Assembly: GCA_030704615.1 (NCBI GenBank)
Contig: CM060734.1
Location: forward strand, 26,908,001-26,972,000
Source of the DNA: Takakia lepidozioides
Lineage: Eukaryota; Plantae; Bryophyta
Reading direction: 5' to 3'
DNA length: 64,000 nucleotides
The position numbers and the translations under genes were made by a program. Shown one piece after another: positions 14,901-28,000 of the stretch. The notes under the pieces are model-generated. The model saw only the letters and a list, made by a program, of their open reading frames with translations. It searched no databases and was not told the DNA's origin. Within the stretch, counting starts at the first letter, position 1; every line of letters starts with the position of its first letter.

Positions 14901-17900
14901 AAAATTGATTGAAAGGGTGAACCCATCGTTCGATGTTCAAATGATTTTTTGATTGCTTTCAATCTTTGCAGGTGTTTGGACATACCTTGTCACATGCTCC
15001 TCTCAAGTATGAAGTCAATCAAATTGATTGAAAGGGTGAACCCATCGTTCGATGTTCAAATGAATTTTTGATTGCTTTCAAACATTGCGAGTGTGTTGGA
15101 CATACCTTGTCAGGGTCGTGTGGAGTATCAGGTCCATCGAAATTGATTGAAAGGGTGAACCCATCGTTCGATGTTCAAATGTATTTTTGATTGCTTTCAA
15201 TCTTTGCATGTGTGTTGGACATACCTTGTACATGCTCTTCTCAAGTATGAGTCAATCAAATTGATTGAAGGGTGAAGCCATCGTTCGATGTTCAAATGAT
15301 TTTTATTGCTTTCACATTGCGAGTGTGTTGGACTACCTTGTCAGAGGTACGTGTCGTATACATCAATCAAATTGATTCAAAGGGTGATTCCATCGTTCGA
15401 TGTTCAAATGATTTTTGATTGCTTTCAATCTTTGCGAGTGTGTTGGACATACCTTGTCACATGCTCCTCTCTCAAGTATGAAGTCAATCAAATTGATTGA
15501 AAGGGTGAACCCATCGTTCGATGTTCAAATGAATTTTTGATTGCTTTCAATCTTTGCATGTGTTGGACATACCTTGTCACATGCTCCTCTCAAGTATGAA
15601 GTCAATCAAAATTGATTGAAAGGGTGAACCCATCGTTCGATGTTCAATGATCTTTGATTGCTTTCAAACATTGCGAGTGTGTTGGACATACCTTGTCAGA
15701 GGTACGTTGGAGTATCAGGTCAATCGAATTGATTGAAAGGGTGAACCCATCGTTCCATGTTGAAATGAATTTTTGATTGCTTTCAATCTTTGCAGTGTGT
15801 TGGACATACCTTGTCACATGCTCCTCTCAAGTATGAAGTCAATCAAAATTGATTGAAAGGGTGAAGCCATCGTTCGATGTTCAATGATTTTTGATTGCTT
15901 TCAAACATTGCGAGTGTGTGGACCTACCTTGTCAGAGGTACGTGTGGAGTATCAGGTCAGTCGAATTGTACGAAGGGGTGAACCCAACGTTCGATGTTCA
16001 AATGAATTTTTGATTGCTTTCAATCTTTGCGAGTGGTTGGACATACCTTGTCACATGCTCCTCTCAAGTAAGAAGTCAATCAAATTGATTGAAAGGTGAA
16101 GCCATCGTTCGATGTTCAAATGATTTTTTGATTGCTTTCAAACATTGCGAGTGTGTTGGACATACCTTGTCAGAGGTACGTGGTCGAGTACAACGTCAAT
16201 CCAATTGATTCAAGGGTGAACCCATCGTCGATGTTCAAATGAACTTTTGATGCTTTCATCTTTGCGAGTGTGTTGGACATACTTGTCACATGCTCCTCTC
16301 AAGTATGAAGTCAATCAAATTGATTGAAAGGGTGAACCCATCGTTCGATGTTCAAATGATCTTTGATTGCTTTCAATCTTTGCGAGTGTGTTGGACATAC
16401 CTTGTCAGAGGTACGTGTCAAGTATGCAGTCAATCGAATTGATTCAAAGGGTGAACCCATCGTTCGATGTTCAAATGAATTTTGATTGCTTTCAATCTTT
16501 GCATGTGTGTTGGACATACCTTGTCACATGCTCCGCTCAAGTATGAAGTCAATCAAATTGATTGAAAGGGTGAACCCATCGTTCGATGTTCAAATGATTT
16601 TTGATTGCTTTCAAACTTGCGAGTGTGTTGGACATACCTTGTCGAGGTACGTGTTGAGTATGACAGTCAATCGAAATGTTTTCAAAGGGTGAACCCATCG
16701 TTCGATGTTTCAAATCAATTTTGGATTGCTTTCATCTTTGCCTGTGTGTTGGACATACCTTGTCACATGCTCCTCTCAATACGAAGTCAACACAATTGAT
16801 TGAAAGGGTGAACCCATCGTTCGATGTTCAAATGATCTTTGATTGCTTTCAAACATTGCGAGTGTGTTGGACATACCTTGTCACATTCTCCTCTCAAGTA
16901 TGAAGTCAATCAAAATTGATTCAAAAGGTGAACCCATCGTTTGGATGTTCAAATGTGATTTTTATTTTTTTTTTGTTTTTTTTTTTGTTTTTTTTTTTTT
17001 TTTGATTGCTTTCACATCTTTGCGTGTGTGTTGGACATACCTTGCAGAGGTACGTCTTCGAGTATCAGGTCATTCGAAATTGATTCAAAGGGTGAACCCA
17101 TCGTTCGATGTTCAAATGATTTTTGATTGCTTTCAATCTTTCGAGTGGTGTTGACATACGTTGTCACATGCTTCCTCTCAAGTATGAAGTCAATCAAAAT
17201 TGATTGAAAGGGTGAACCCATCGTTCGAGTTCAAATGATCTTTGATTGCTTTCAACATGCGAGTGTGTTGGACATACCTTGTCACATGCTCCCTCTCAAG
17301 TATGAAGTCAATCAAAATTGATTGAAAGGGTGAACCCATCGTACGAGTTCAAATGAATTTTGATTGCTTTCAAACATTGCGAGTGTGTTGGACATAACCT
17401 TGTCAAGATACGTGTTGAGTATCACGTCAATCGAAATTGATTCCAAAAGTGAACCCATCGTTGATGTTGAATGAAATTTTTCATTGCTTTCAATATTTGC
17501 GAGTGTGTTGGAACCTAAAATACCTTGTCAGACTGCTCCTCTCAATTATGAATCATCAAACTTGATTGAAAGGGTGAACCCATCGTTGCATGTTCAAATG
17601 ATTTTTGATTGCTTTCAACACTTGCGATGTGTTGGACATACCTTGTCACATGCTCCTCTCCAGTATGAAGTCAATCAAAATTGATTGAAAGGTGAACCCA
17701 TCGTTCGATGTTCAAATGAATTTTTGCTTGCTTCCAACATTGCGAGTGTGTTGTCACTTACCTTGTCCAGAGGTACGTGTTGAGTATCACGTCCACTCGA
17801 AATTGATTGAAGGGTGACCCATCGTTTCATGTTCAAATGAATTTTTTTGATTGCTTTCAATCTTTGCGAGTGTGTTGGACATACCTTGTCACATGCTCCT

Positions 17901-18575
17901 CTCAAGTATGAAGTCAATCAAAATTGATTGAAAGGGTGAACCCATCGTTCGATGTTCAATGATTTTTGATTGCTTTCAACATTGCAGTGTGTTGGACTTA
18001 CCTCCTTGTCAAGGTAACGTGTCGATTATGAGGTCGCGAAATTGATTTGAAAGGGTGAACCCATCATTCGATGTTCAAATGAATTTTTGATTTTGCTTTT
18101 CAATCTTTGGCGAGTGTGTTGGACATCGTTGTCACATGCCCTCCTAAGTATGAGTCAACAAATTGATTGAAAGGGTGAACCCATCGTCGCTGTTCAAATG
18201 AATTTGATTGCTTTCAAACATTGCGAGTGTGTTTGGACATACTTGTCCATGCTCCCTCAGTATGAAGTCAATCAAATTGATTGAAAGGGGAACCCATCGT
18301 TCGATGTTCAAATGAATTTTTGTTGCTTCAACCATTGCGAGTGTGTTGGCGCCTTGTCAGAGGTACGTGTTGAGTATCACGTCAATCGAAATTGATTCAA
18401 AAGGTGAACCCGCATCGTTTGGATGTTGAAATGAAATTTTCATTTGGCTTTCAATATTTGCGGTGTGTTGGACATACCTTTTCACATGCTCCTCTCAAGT
18501 CATGAATCAATCAAAATTGATCTGAAAGGTGACCCCCTCGTTCCATGTTCAAGTATGATTTCAATCTAATTGATT

Positions 18576-19075
18576 NNNNNNNNNNNNNNNNNNNNNNNNN
18601 NNNNNNNNNNNNNNNNNNNNNNNNNNNNNNNNNNNNNNNNNNNNNNNNNNNNNNNNNNNNNNNNNNNNNNNNNNNNNNNNNNNNNNNNNNNNNNNNNNNN
18701 NNNNNNNNNNNNNNNNNNNNNNNNNNNNNNNNNNNNNNNNNNNNNNNNNNNNNNNNNNNNNNNNNNNNNNNNNNNNNNNNNNNNNNNNNNNNNNNNNNNN
18801 NNNNNNNNNNNNNNNNNNNNNNNNNNNNNNNNNNNNNNNNNNNNNNNNNNNNNNNNNNNNNNNNNNNNNNNNNNNNNNNNNNNNNNNNNNNNNNNNNNNN
18901 NNNNNNNNNNNNNNNNNNNNNNNNNNNNNNNNNNNNNNNNNNNNNNNNNNNNNNNNNNNNNNNNNNNNNNNNNNNNNNNNNNNNNNNNNNNNNNNNNNNN
19001 NNNNNNNNNNNNNNNNNNNNNNNNNNNNNNNNNNNNNNNNNNNNNNNNNNNNNNNNNNNNNNNNNNNNNNNNNNN
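18576..19075. other. Scaffold gap (500 N)
   Basis: A run of exactly 500 N. Monomers on both sides accumulate small indels toward the gap. Confidence 0.99.
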
Positions 19076-22000
19076 GTACGTGTGGAGTATCAGGTCAGTC
19101 GAAATTGTACGAAAGGGTGAACCCAACGTTCGATGTTCAAATGATTTTTGATTGCTTTCAATCTTTGCGAGTGTGTTGGACATACCTTGTCACATGTCCT
19201 CTCAAGTAAGAAGTCAATCAAAATTGATTGAAAGGGTGAGCCATCGTTCGATGTTCAAATTGATTTGATTGCTTTCAAACATTGCGAGTGTGTTGGACAT
19301 ACCTTGTCAGAGGTACGTGTGGAGTATCAGGTCAGTCGAAATTGATGAAAAGGGTGAAACCCATCGTTCGATGTTCAAATGAATTTTGATTGCTTTCAAT
19401 ATTTGCATGTGTGTTGGACATACCTTGTCACATGCTCCTCTCAAGTATGAAGTCAATCAAATTGATTGAAAGGGTGAAGCCATCGTTCGATGTTCAAATG
19501 ATTTTTATTGCTTTCAAACATTGCGAGTGTGTTGGACATACCTTGTCAGAGGTACGTGTGAGTATCAGGTCAATCGAAATTGATTGAAAGGGTGAACCCA
19601 TCGTTACATGTCAAATGAATTTTTGATTGCTTCCAATCTTTGATGTGTGTTGGACATACCTTGTCACATGCTCCTCTCAAGTATGAAGTCAATCAAAATT
19701 GATTGAAAGGGTGAACCCATCGTTCCATGTTCAAATGATTTTGATTGCTTTCAAACATTGCGAGTGTGTTGGACATACCTTGTCACATGCTCTCTCAAGT
19801 ATGAAGTCAATCAAAATTGATTGAAAGGTGAACCCATCGTACGATGTTCAAATGAATTTTTGATGCTTTCAAACATGCGAGTGTGTTGGACTACCTGTCA
19901 GAGGTACATGTCGAGTATCAGGTCAATCGAAATTGATTCAAAGGGTGAACCCATCGTTCCATGTTCAAAATGAATTTTTGATTGCTTTCAATCTTGCGAG
20001 TGTGTTGGACATACTTTGTCACATGCTCCTCTAAGTATGAAGTCAATCAAATTGATGTAAAGGGAGAACCCATCGTTCGGTGTTCAAATGATTTTTGATT
20101 GCTTTCAAACATTGCGAGTGTGTTGGACTACCTTGTCAGAGGTACGTGGCGAGTATCAGGTCAGTCGAAATGATTGTTGAAAGGGTGAAACCCATCATTC
20201 GATGTTCAAATGAATTTTTGATTGCTTTCAATCTTGCAGTGTGTTGGACATACCTTGTCACATTCTCTCCTCAAGTATGAAGTCAATCAAAATTGATTGA
20301 GAAGGGTGAACCCATCGTTCGATGTTCAAATGATTTTGCTTGCTTTCAAACATTGCGAGTGGTGTTGGACATACCTTGTCAGAGGTACGTGTGGAGTATC
20401 ATGTCCATCGAAATTGATTGAAAGGGTGTGAACCCATCGTTCGAGTTTCAAATGAATTTTCGATTGCTTTCATCTTTGCATGTGTGTTGGACATACCTTG
20501 TGACATGCTCTTCTCAAGTATGAAGTCAATCAAAATTGATTGAAAGGGTGAAGCCATCGTTCGATGTTCAAATGATTTTTATTGCTTTCAAACATGCGAG
20601 TGTGTTGGACATACCTTGTCAGAGGGTACGTGTCGAGTATCACGTCATCCAAATTGATTCAAAGGGTGAACCCATCGTTCGATGTTCAAATGAAATTTTG
20701 ATTGCTTTCAATCTTTGCGAGTGTGTTGGACATACCTTGTCACATGCTCCTCTCAAGTATGAAGTCAATAAAAATTGATTGAAAGGGTGAACCCATCGTT
20801 CGATGTTCAAATGATTTTGATTGCTTTCAACATTGCGAGTGTGGTTGGACATACCTTGTCAGATACGATGTGGAGTATCAGGTCAATCGAAATTGATTCA
20901 TAGGGTGAACCCATCGTTCGATGTTCAAAACTGAATTTTTGATTGATTTCAATCTTTGCGAGTGTGTTGGACATACCTTGTCACATGGCTCCGCTCAAGT
21001 ATGAAGTCAATCAAAATTGATTGAAAGGGTGAACCCATCGTTCGATGTTCAAATGATTTTTGATTGCTTTCAAACATTGCGAGTGTGTCGGACATACCTT
21101 GTCAGAGGTACGTGTGGAGTATCAGGTCAATCGAAATAGTTTCAAAGGGTGAACCCAACGTTCGATGTTCAAAATCATTTGGATTGCTTTTTCAATCTTT
21201 GCATGTGTGTTGGACATACCTTGTCACATGCTCGTCTCAAATATGAAGTCAATCAAAATTGATTGAAAGGGTGAACCCATCGTTCGATTTTCAAATGATC
21301 TTTGATTGCTTTCAAAACATGCGAGTGTGTTGGACATATACCTTGTCAGAGGTACGTGTGGAGTATCAGTCAATCGCGAAATTGATTGAAAGGGTGAACC
21401 CATCGTTCCATGTTGAAATGAATTTTTGATTGCTTTCAATCTTTGCATGTGTGTTGGACATACCTTGTCACATGCTCCTCTCAAGTATGAAGTCAATCAA
21501 AATTGATTGAAAGGGTGAACCCATCGTTCGATGTTCAAATGAATTTTTGATTGCTTTCAATCTTTGCATGTGTGTTGGACATAATTGTCACATGCTCCTC
21601 TCAAGTATGAAGTCAATAAAATTGATTGAAAGGGTGGACCATCGTTCGATGTTCAAATGATCTTTGATTGCTTTCAAACATTGCGAGTGTGTTGGACATA
21701 CCTTGTCAGAGGTACGTGTGGAGTATCAGGTCAATCCAAATTTATTGAAAGGGTGAACCCATCGTTCCATGTTGAAATGAATTTTTGATTGCTTTCAATC
21801 TTTGCATGTGTGTTGGACATACCTTGTCACATGCTCCTCTCAAGTATGAAGTCAATCAAAATTGATTGAAAGGGTGAAGCCATCGTTCGATGTTCAAATG
21901 AATTTTTGATTGCTTTCAAACATTGCGAGTGTGTTGGACATACCTTGTCAGAGGTACGTGTGGAGTATCAGGTCAGTCGAAATTGATTGAAAGGGTGAAC

Positions 22001-25000
22001 CCAACGTTCGATGTTCAAATGAATTTTTGATTGCTTTCAATCTTTGCGAGTGTGTTGGACATACCTTGTCACATGCTCCTCTCAAGTAAGAAGTCAATCA
22101 AAATTGATTGAAAGGGTGAAGCCATCGTTCGATGTTCAAATGATTTTGATTGCTTTCAAACATTGCGAGTGTGTTTGGACATACCTTGTCAGAGGTACGT
22201 GTGGAGTATCAGGTCAATCGAAATTGTATGAAAGGGTGAACCCATCGTTCGATGTTCAAATGAATTTTTGATTGCTTTCAATCTTTGCATGTGTGTTGGA
22301 CATACCTTGTCACATGCTCCTCTCAAGTATGAAGTCAATCAAAATTGATTGAAAGGGTGAACCCATCGTTCGATGTTCAAATGATTTTTGATTGCTTTCA
22401 AACATTGCGAGTGTGTTGGACATACCTTGTCAGAGGTACGTGTGGAGTATCAGGTCAATCGAAATTGATTCAAAGGGTGAACCCATCGTTCGATGTTCAA
22501 ATGAATTTTTGATTGCTTTCAATCTTTGCATGTGTGTTGGACATACCTTGTCACATGCTCCTCTCAAGTATGAAGTCAATCAAAATTGATTGAAAGGGTG
22601 AACCCATCGTTCGATGTTCAAATGATTTTTGATTGCTTTCAAACATTGCGAGTGTGTTGGACATACCTTGTCAGAGGTACGTGTGGAGTATCAGGTCAAT
22701 CGAAATTGATTCAAAGGGTGAACCCATCGTTACATGTTCAAATGAATTTTTGATTGCTTTCAATCTTTGCATGTGTGTTGGACATACCTTGTCACATGCT
22801 CCTCTCAAGTATGAAGTCAATCAAAATTGATTGAAAGGGTGAACCCATCGTTCGATGTTCAAATGATCTTTGATTGCTTTCAATCTTTGCGAGTGTGTTG
22901 GACATACCTTGTCACATGCTCCTCTCAAGTATGAAGTCAATCAAAATTGATTGAAAGGGTGAACCCATCGTTCGATGTTCAAATGATTTTTTGATTGCTT
23001 TCAAACATTGCGAGTGTGTTGGACATACCTTGTCAGAGGTACGTGTGGAATCGAAATTGATTGAAAGGGTGAACCCATCGTTCGATGTTCAAATGAATTT
23101 TTGATTGCTTTCAATCTTTGCATGTGTGTTGGACATACCTTGTCACATGCTCTTCTCAAGTATGAAGTCAATCAAAATTGATTGAAAGGGTGAACCCATC
23201 GTTCGATGTTCAAATGATTTTTGATTGCTTTCAAACATTGCGAGTGTGTTGGACATACCTTGTCAGAGGTACGTGTCGAGTATCAAGTCAATCCAAATTG
23301 ATTCAAAGGGTGAACCCATCGTTCGATGTTCAAATGATTTTTGATTGCTTTCAATCTTTGCGAGTGTGTTGGACATACCTTGTCACATGCTCCCTCAAGT
23401 ATGAAGTCAATCAAAATTGATTGAAAGGGTGAACCCATCGTTCGATGTTCAAATGATTTTTGATTGCTTTCAAACATTGCGAGTGTGTTGGACATACCTT
23501 GTCAGAGGTACGTGTGGAGTATCAGGTCAATCGAAATTGATTGAAAGGGTGAACCCATCGTTCGATGTTCAAATGAATTTTTGATTGCTTTCAATCTTTG
23601 CGAGTGTGTTGGACATACCTTGTCACATGCTCCTCTCAAGTATGAAGTCAATCAAAATTGATTGAAAGGGTGAACCCATCGTTCGATGTTCAAATGATTT
23701 TTGATTGCTTTCAAACATTGCGAGTGTGTTGGACATACCTTGTCACATGCTCCTCTCAAGTATGAAGTCAATCAAAATTGATTGAAAGGGTGAACCCATC
23801 GTTCGATGTTCAAATGAATTTTTGATTGCTTTCAAACATTGCGAGTGTGTTGGACATACCTTGTCAGAGGTACATGTCGAGTATCAGGTCAATCGAAATT
23901 GATTCAAAGGGTGAACCCATCGTTCGATGTTCAAATGAATTTTTGATTGCTTTCAATCTTTGCGAGTGTGTTGGACATACCTTGTCAGAGTACGTGTGGA
24001 GTATCAGGTCAATCGAAATTGATTGAAAGGGTGAACCCATCGTTCGATGTTCAAATGAATTTTTGATTGCTTTCAATCTTTGCAGTGTGTTGGACATACC
24101 TTGTCACATGCTCCTCTCAAGTATGAAGTCAATCAAAATTGATTGAAAGGGTGAAGCCATCGTTCGATGTTCAAATGATTTTTGATTGCTTTCAAACATT
24201 GCGAGTGTGTTGGACATACCTTGTCAGAGGTACGTGTGGAATCGAAATTGATTGAAAGGGTGAACCCATCGTTCGATGTTCAAATGAATTTTTGATTGCT
24301 TTCAATCTTTGCGAGTGTGTTGGACATACCTTGTCACATGCTCCTCTCAAGTATGAAGTCAATCAAAATTGATTGAAAGGGTGAACCCATCGTTCGATGT
24401 TCAAATGATTTTTGATTGCTTTCAAACATTGCGAGTGTGTTGGACATACCTTGTCAGAGGTACGTGTCGAGTATCACGTCAATCAAAATTGATTCAAAGG
24501 GTGAACCCATTGTTCGATGTTCAAATGATTTTTTGATTGCTTTCAATCTTTGCGAGTGTGTTGGACATACCTTGTCACATGCTCCTCTCAAGTATGAAGT
24601 CAATCAAAATTGATTGAAAGGGTGAACCCATCGTTCGATGTTCAAATGATTTTTGATTGCTTTCAAACATTGCGAGTGTGTTGGACATACCTTGTCAGAG
24701 GTACGTGTGGAATCGAAATTGATTGAAAGGGTGAACCCATCGTTCGATGTTCAAATGAATTTTTGATTGCTTTCAATCTTTGCGATGTGTGTTGGACATA
24801 CCTTGTCACATGCTCCTCTCAAGTATGAAGTCAATCAAAATTGATTGAAAGGGTGAACCCATCGTTCGATGTTCAAATGATTTTTGATTGCTTTCAAACA
24901 TTGCGAGTGTGTTGGACATACCTTGTCAGAGGTACGTGTGAGTATCAGGTCAATCGAAATTGATTCAAAGGGTGAACCCATCGTTCGATGTTCAAATGAA

Positions 25001-28000
25001 TTTTTGATTGCTTTCAATCTTTGCGAGTGTGTTGGACATACCTTGTCACATGCTCCTCTCAAGTATGAAGTCAATCAAAATTGATTGAAAGGGTGAACCC
25101 ATCGTTCGATGTTCAAATGATCATTGATTGCTTTCAATCTTTGCATGTGTGTTGGACATACCTTGTCACATGCTCCTCTCAAGTATGAAGTCAATCAAAA
25201 TTGATTGAAAGGGTGAACCCATCGTTCGATGTTCAAATGAATTTTTGATTGCTTTCAATCTTTGCATGTGTGTTGGACATACCTTGTCACATGCTCCTCT
25301 CAAGTATGAAGTCAATCAAAATTGATTGAAAGGGTGAACCCATCGTTCGATGTTCAAATGATCTTTGATTGCTTTCAAACATTGCGAGTGTGTTGGACAT
25401 ACCTTGTCAGAGGTACGTGTGGAGTATCAGGTCAATCGAAATTGATTGAAAGGGTGAACCCATCGTTCGATGTTCAAATGAATTTTGATTGCTTTCAATC
25501 TTTGCGAGTGTGTTGGACATACCTTGTCACATGCTCCTCTCAAGTATGAAGTCAATCAAAATTGATTGAAAGGGTGAACCCATCGTTCGATGTTCAAATG
25601 ATTTTTGATTGCTTTCAAACATTGCGAGTGTGTTGGACATACCTTGTCAGAGGTACGTGTGGAATCGAAATTGATTGAAAGGGTGAACCCATCGTTCGAT
25701 GTTCAAATGAATTTTTGATTGCTTTCAATCTTTGCATGTGTGTTGGACATACCTTGTCACATGCTCCTCTCAAGTATGAAGTCAATCAAAATTGATTGAA
25801 AGGGTGAACCCATCGTTCGATGTTCAAATGATTTTTTATTGCTTTCAAACATTGCGAGTGTGTTGGACATACCTTGTCAGAGGTACGTGTCGAGTATCAC
25901 GTCAATCCAAATTGATTCAAAGGGTGAACCCATCGTTCGATGTTCAAATGATTTTTGATTGCTTTCAATCTTTGCGAGTGTGTTGGACATACCTTGTCAC
26001 ATGCTCCGCTCAAGTATGAAGTCAATCAAAATTGATTGAAAGGGTGAACCCATCGTTCGATGTTCAAATGATTTTTGATTGCTTTCAAACATTGCGAGTG
26101 TGTTGGACATACCTTGTCAGAGGTACGTGTGGAGTATCAGGTCAATCGAAATTGATTGAAAGGGTGAACCCATCGTTCGATGTTCAAATGAATTTTTGAT
26201 TGCTTTCAATCTTTGCGAGTGTGTTGGACATACCTTGTCACATGCTCCTCTCAAGTATGAAGTCAATCAAAATTGATTGAAAGGGTGAACCCATCGTTCG
26301 ATGTTCAAATGATTTTTGATTGCTTTCAACATTGCGAGTGTGTTGGACATACCTTGTCACATGCTCCTCTCAAGTATGAAGTCAATCAAAATTGATTGAA
26401 AGGGTGAACCCATCGTTCGATGTTCAAATGAATTTTTGATTGCTTTCAAACATTGCGAGTGTGTTGGACATACCTTGTCAGAGGTACATGTCGAGTATCA
26501 GGTCAATCGAAATTGATTCAAAGGGTGAACCCATCGTTCGATGTTCAAATGAATTTTTGATTGCTTTCAATCTTTGCGAGTGTGTTGGACATACCTTGTC
26601 AGAGGTACGTGTGGAGTATCAGGTCAATCGAAATTGATTGAAAGGGTGAACCCATCGTTCGATGTTCAAATGAATTTTTGATTGCTTTCAATCTTTGCAT
26701 GTGTGTTGGACATACCTTGTCACATGCTCCTCTCAAGTATGAAGTCAATCAAAATTGATTGAAAGGGTGAACCCATCGTTCGATGTTCAAATGATTTTGA
26801 TTGCTTTCAAACATTGCGAGTGTGTTGGACATACCTTGTCAGAGGTACGTGTGGAATCGAAATTGATTGAAAGGGTGAACCCATCGTTCGATGTTCAAAT
26901 GAATTTTTGATTGCTTTCAATCTTTGCGAGTGTGTTGGACATACCTTGTCACATGCTCCTCTCAAGTATGAAGTCAATCAAAATTGATTGAAAGGGTGAA
27001 GCCATCGTTCGATGTTCAAATGATTTTTTATTGCTTTCAAACATTGCGAGTGTGTTGGACATACCTTGTCAGAGGTACGTGTCGAGTATCACGTCAATCC
27101 AAATTGATTCAAAGGGTGAACCCATCGTTCGATGTTCAAATGATTTTTTGATTGCTTTCAATATTTGCGAGTGTGTTGGACATACCTTGTCACATGCTCC
27201 GCTCAAGTATGAAGTCAATCAAAATTGATTGAAAGGGTGAACCCATCGTTCGATGTTCAAATGATTTTTGATTGCTTTCAAACATTGCGAGTGTGTTGGA
27301 CATACCTTGTCAGAGGTACGTGTGGAATCGAAATTGATTGAAAGGGTGAACCCATCGTTCGATGTTCAAATGAATTTTTGATTGCTTTCAATCTTTGCGA
27401 GTGTGTTGGACATACCTTGTCACATGCTCCTCTCAAGTATGAAGTCAATCAAAATTGATTGAAAGGGTGAAGCCATCGTTCGATGTTCAATGATTTTTTA
27501 TTGCTTTCAAACATTGCGAGTGTGTTGGACATACCTTGTCAGAGGTACGTGTCGAGTATCACGTCAATCCAAATTGATTCAAAGGGTGAACCCATCGTTC
27601 GATGTTCAAATGATTTTTTGAATGCTTTCAATATTTGCGAGTGTGTTGGACATACCTTGTCACATGCTCCGCTCAAGTATGAAGTCAATCAAAATTGTTT
27701 GAAAGGGTGAACCTATCGTTCGATGTTCAAATGATTTTTGATTGCTTTCAAACATTGCGAGTGTGTGTTGGACATACCTTGTCAGAGGTACGTGTGGAGT
27801 ATCAGGTCAATCGAAATTGATTGAAAGGGTGAACCCATCGTTCGATGTTCAAATGAATTTTTGATTGCTTTCAATCTTTGCAAGTGTGTTGGACATACCT
27901 TGTCACATGCTCCTCTCAAGTATGAAGTCAATCAAATTGATTGAAAGGGTGAAGCCATCGTTCGATGTTCAAATGATTTTTGATTGCTTTCAAACATTGC

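Noticed and set aside
18545-19183. Long ORFs of ~190-205 aa
   Set aside because: They are artefacts of translating the N gap.
14300-21700. Apparent gradient of satellite degeneration toward the gap, including the poly-T expansion at ~16958-17003
   Set aside because: The changes are mostly 1-bp homopolymer-type indels that rise toward the contig ends, typical of low-coverage long-read error rather than biology.
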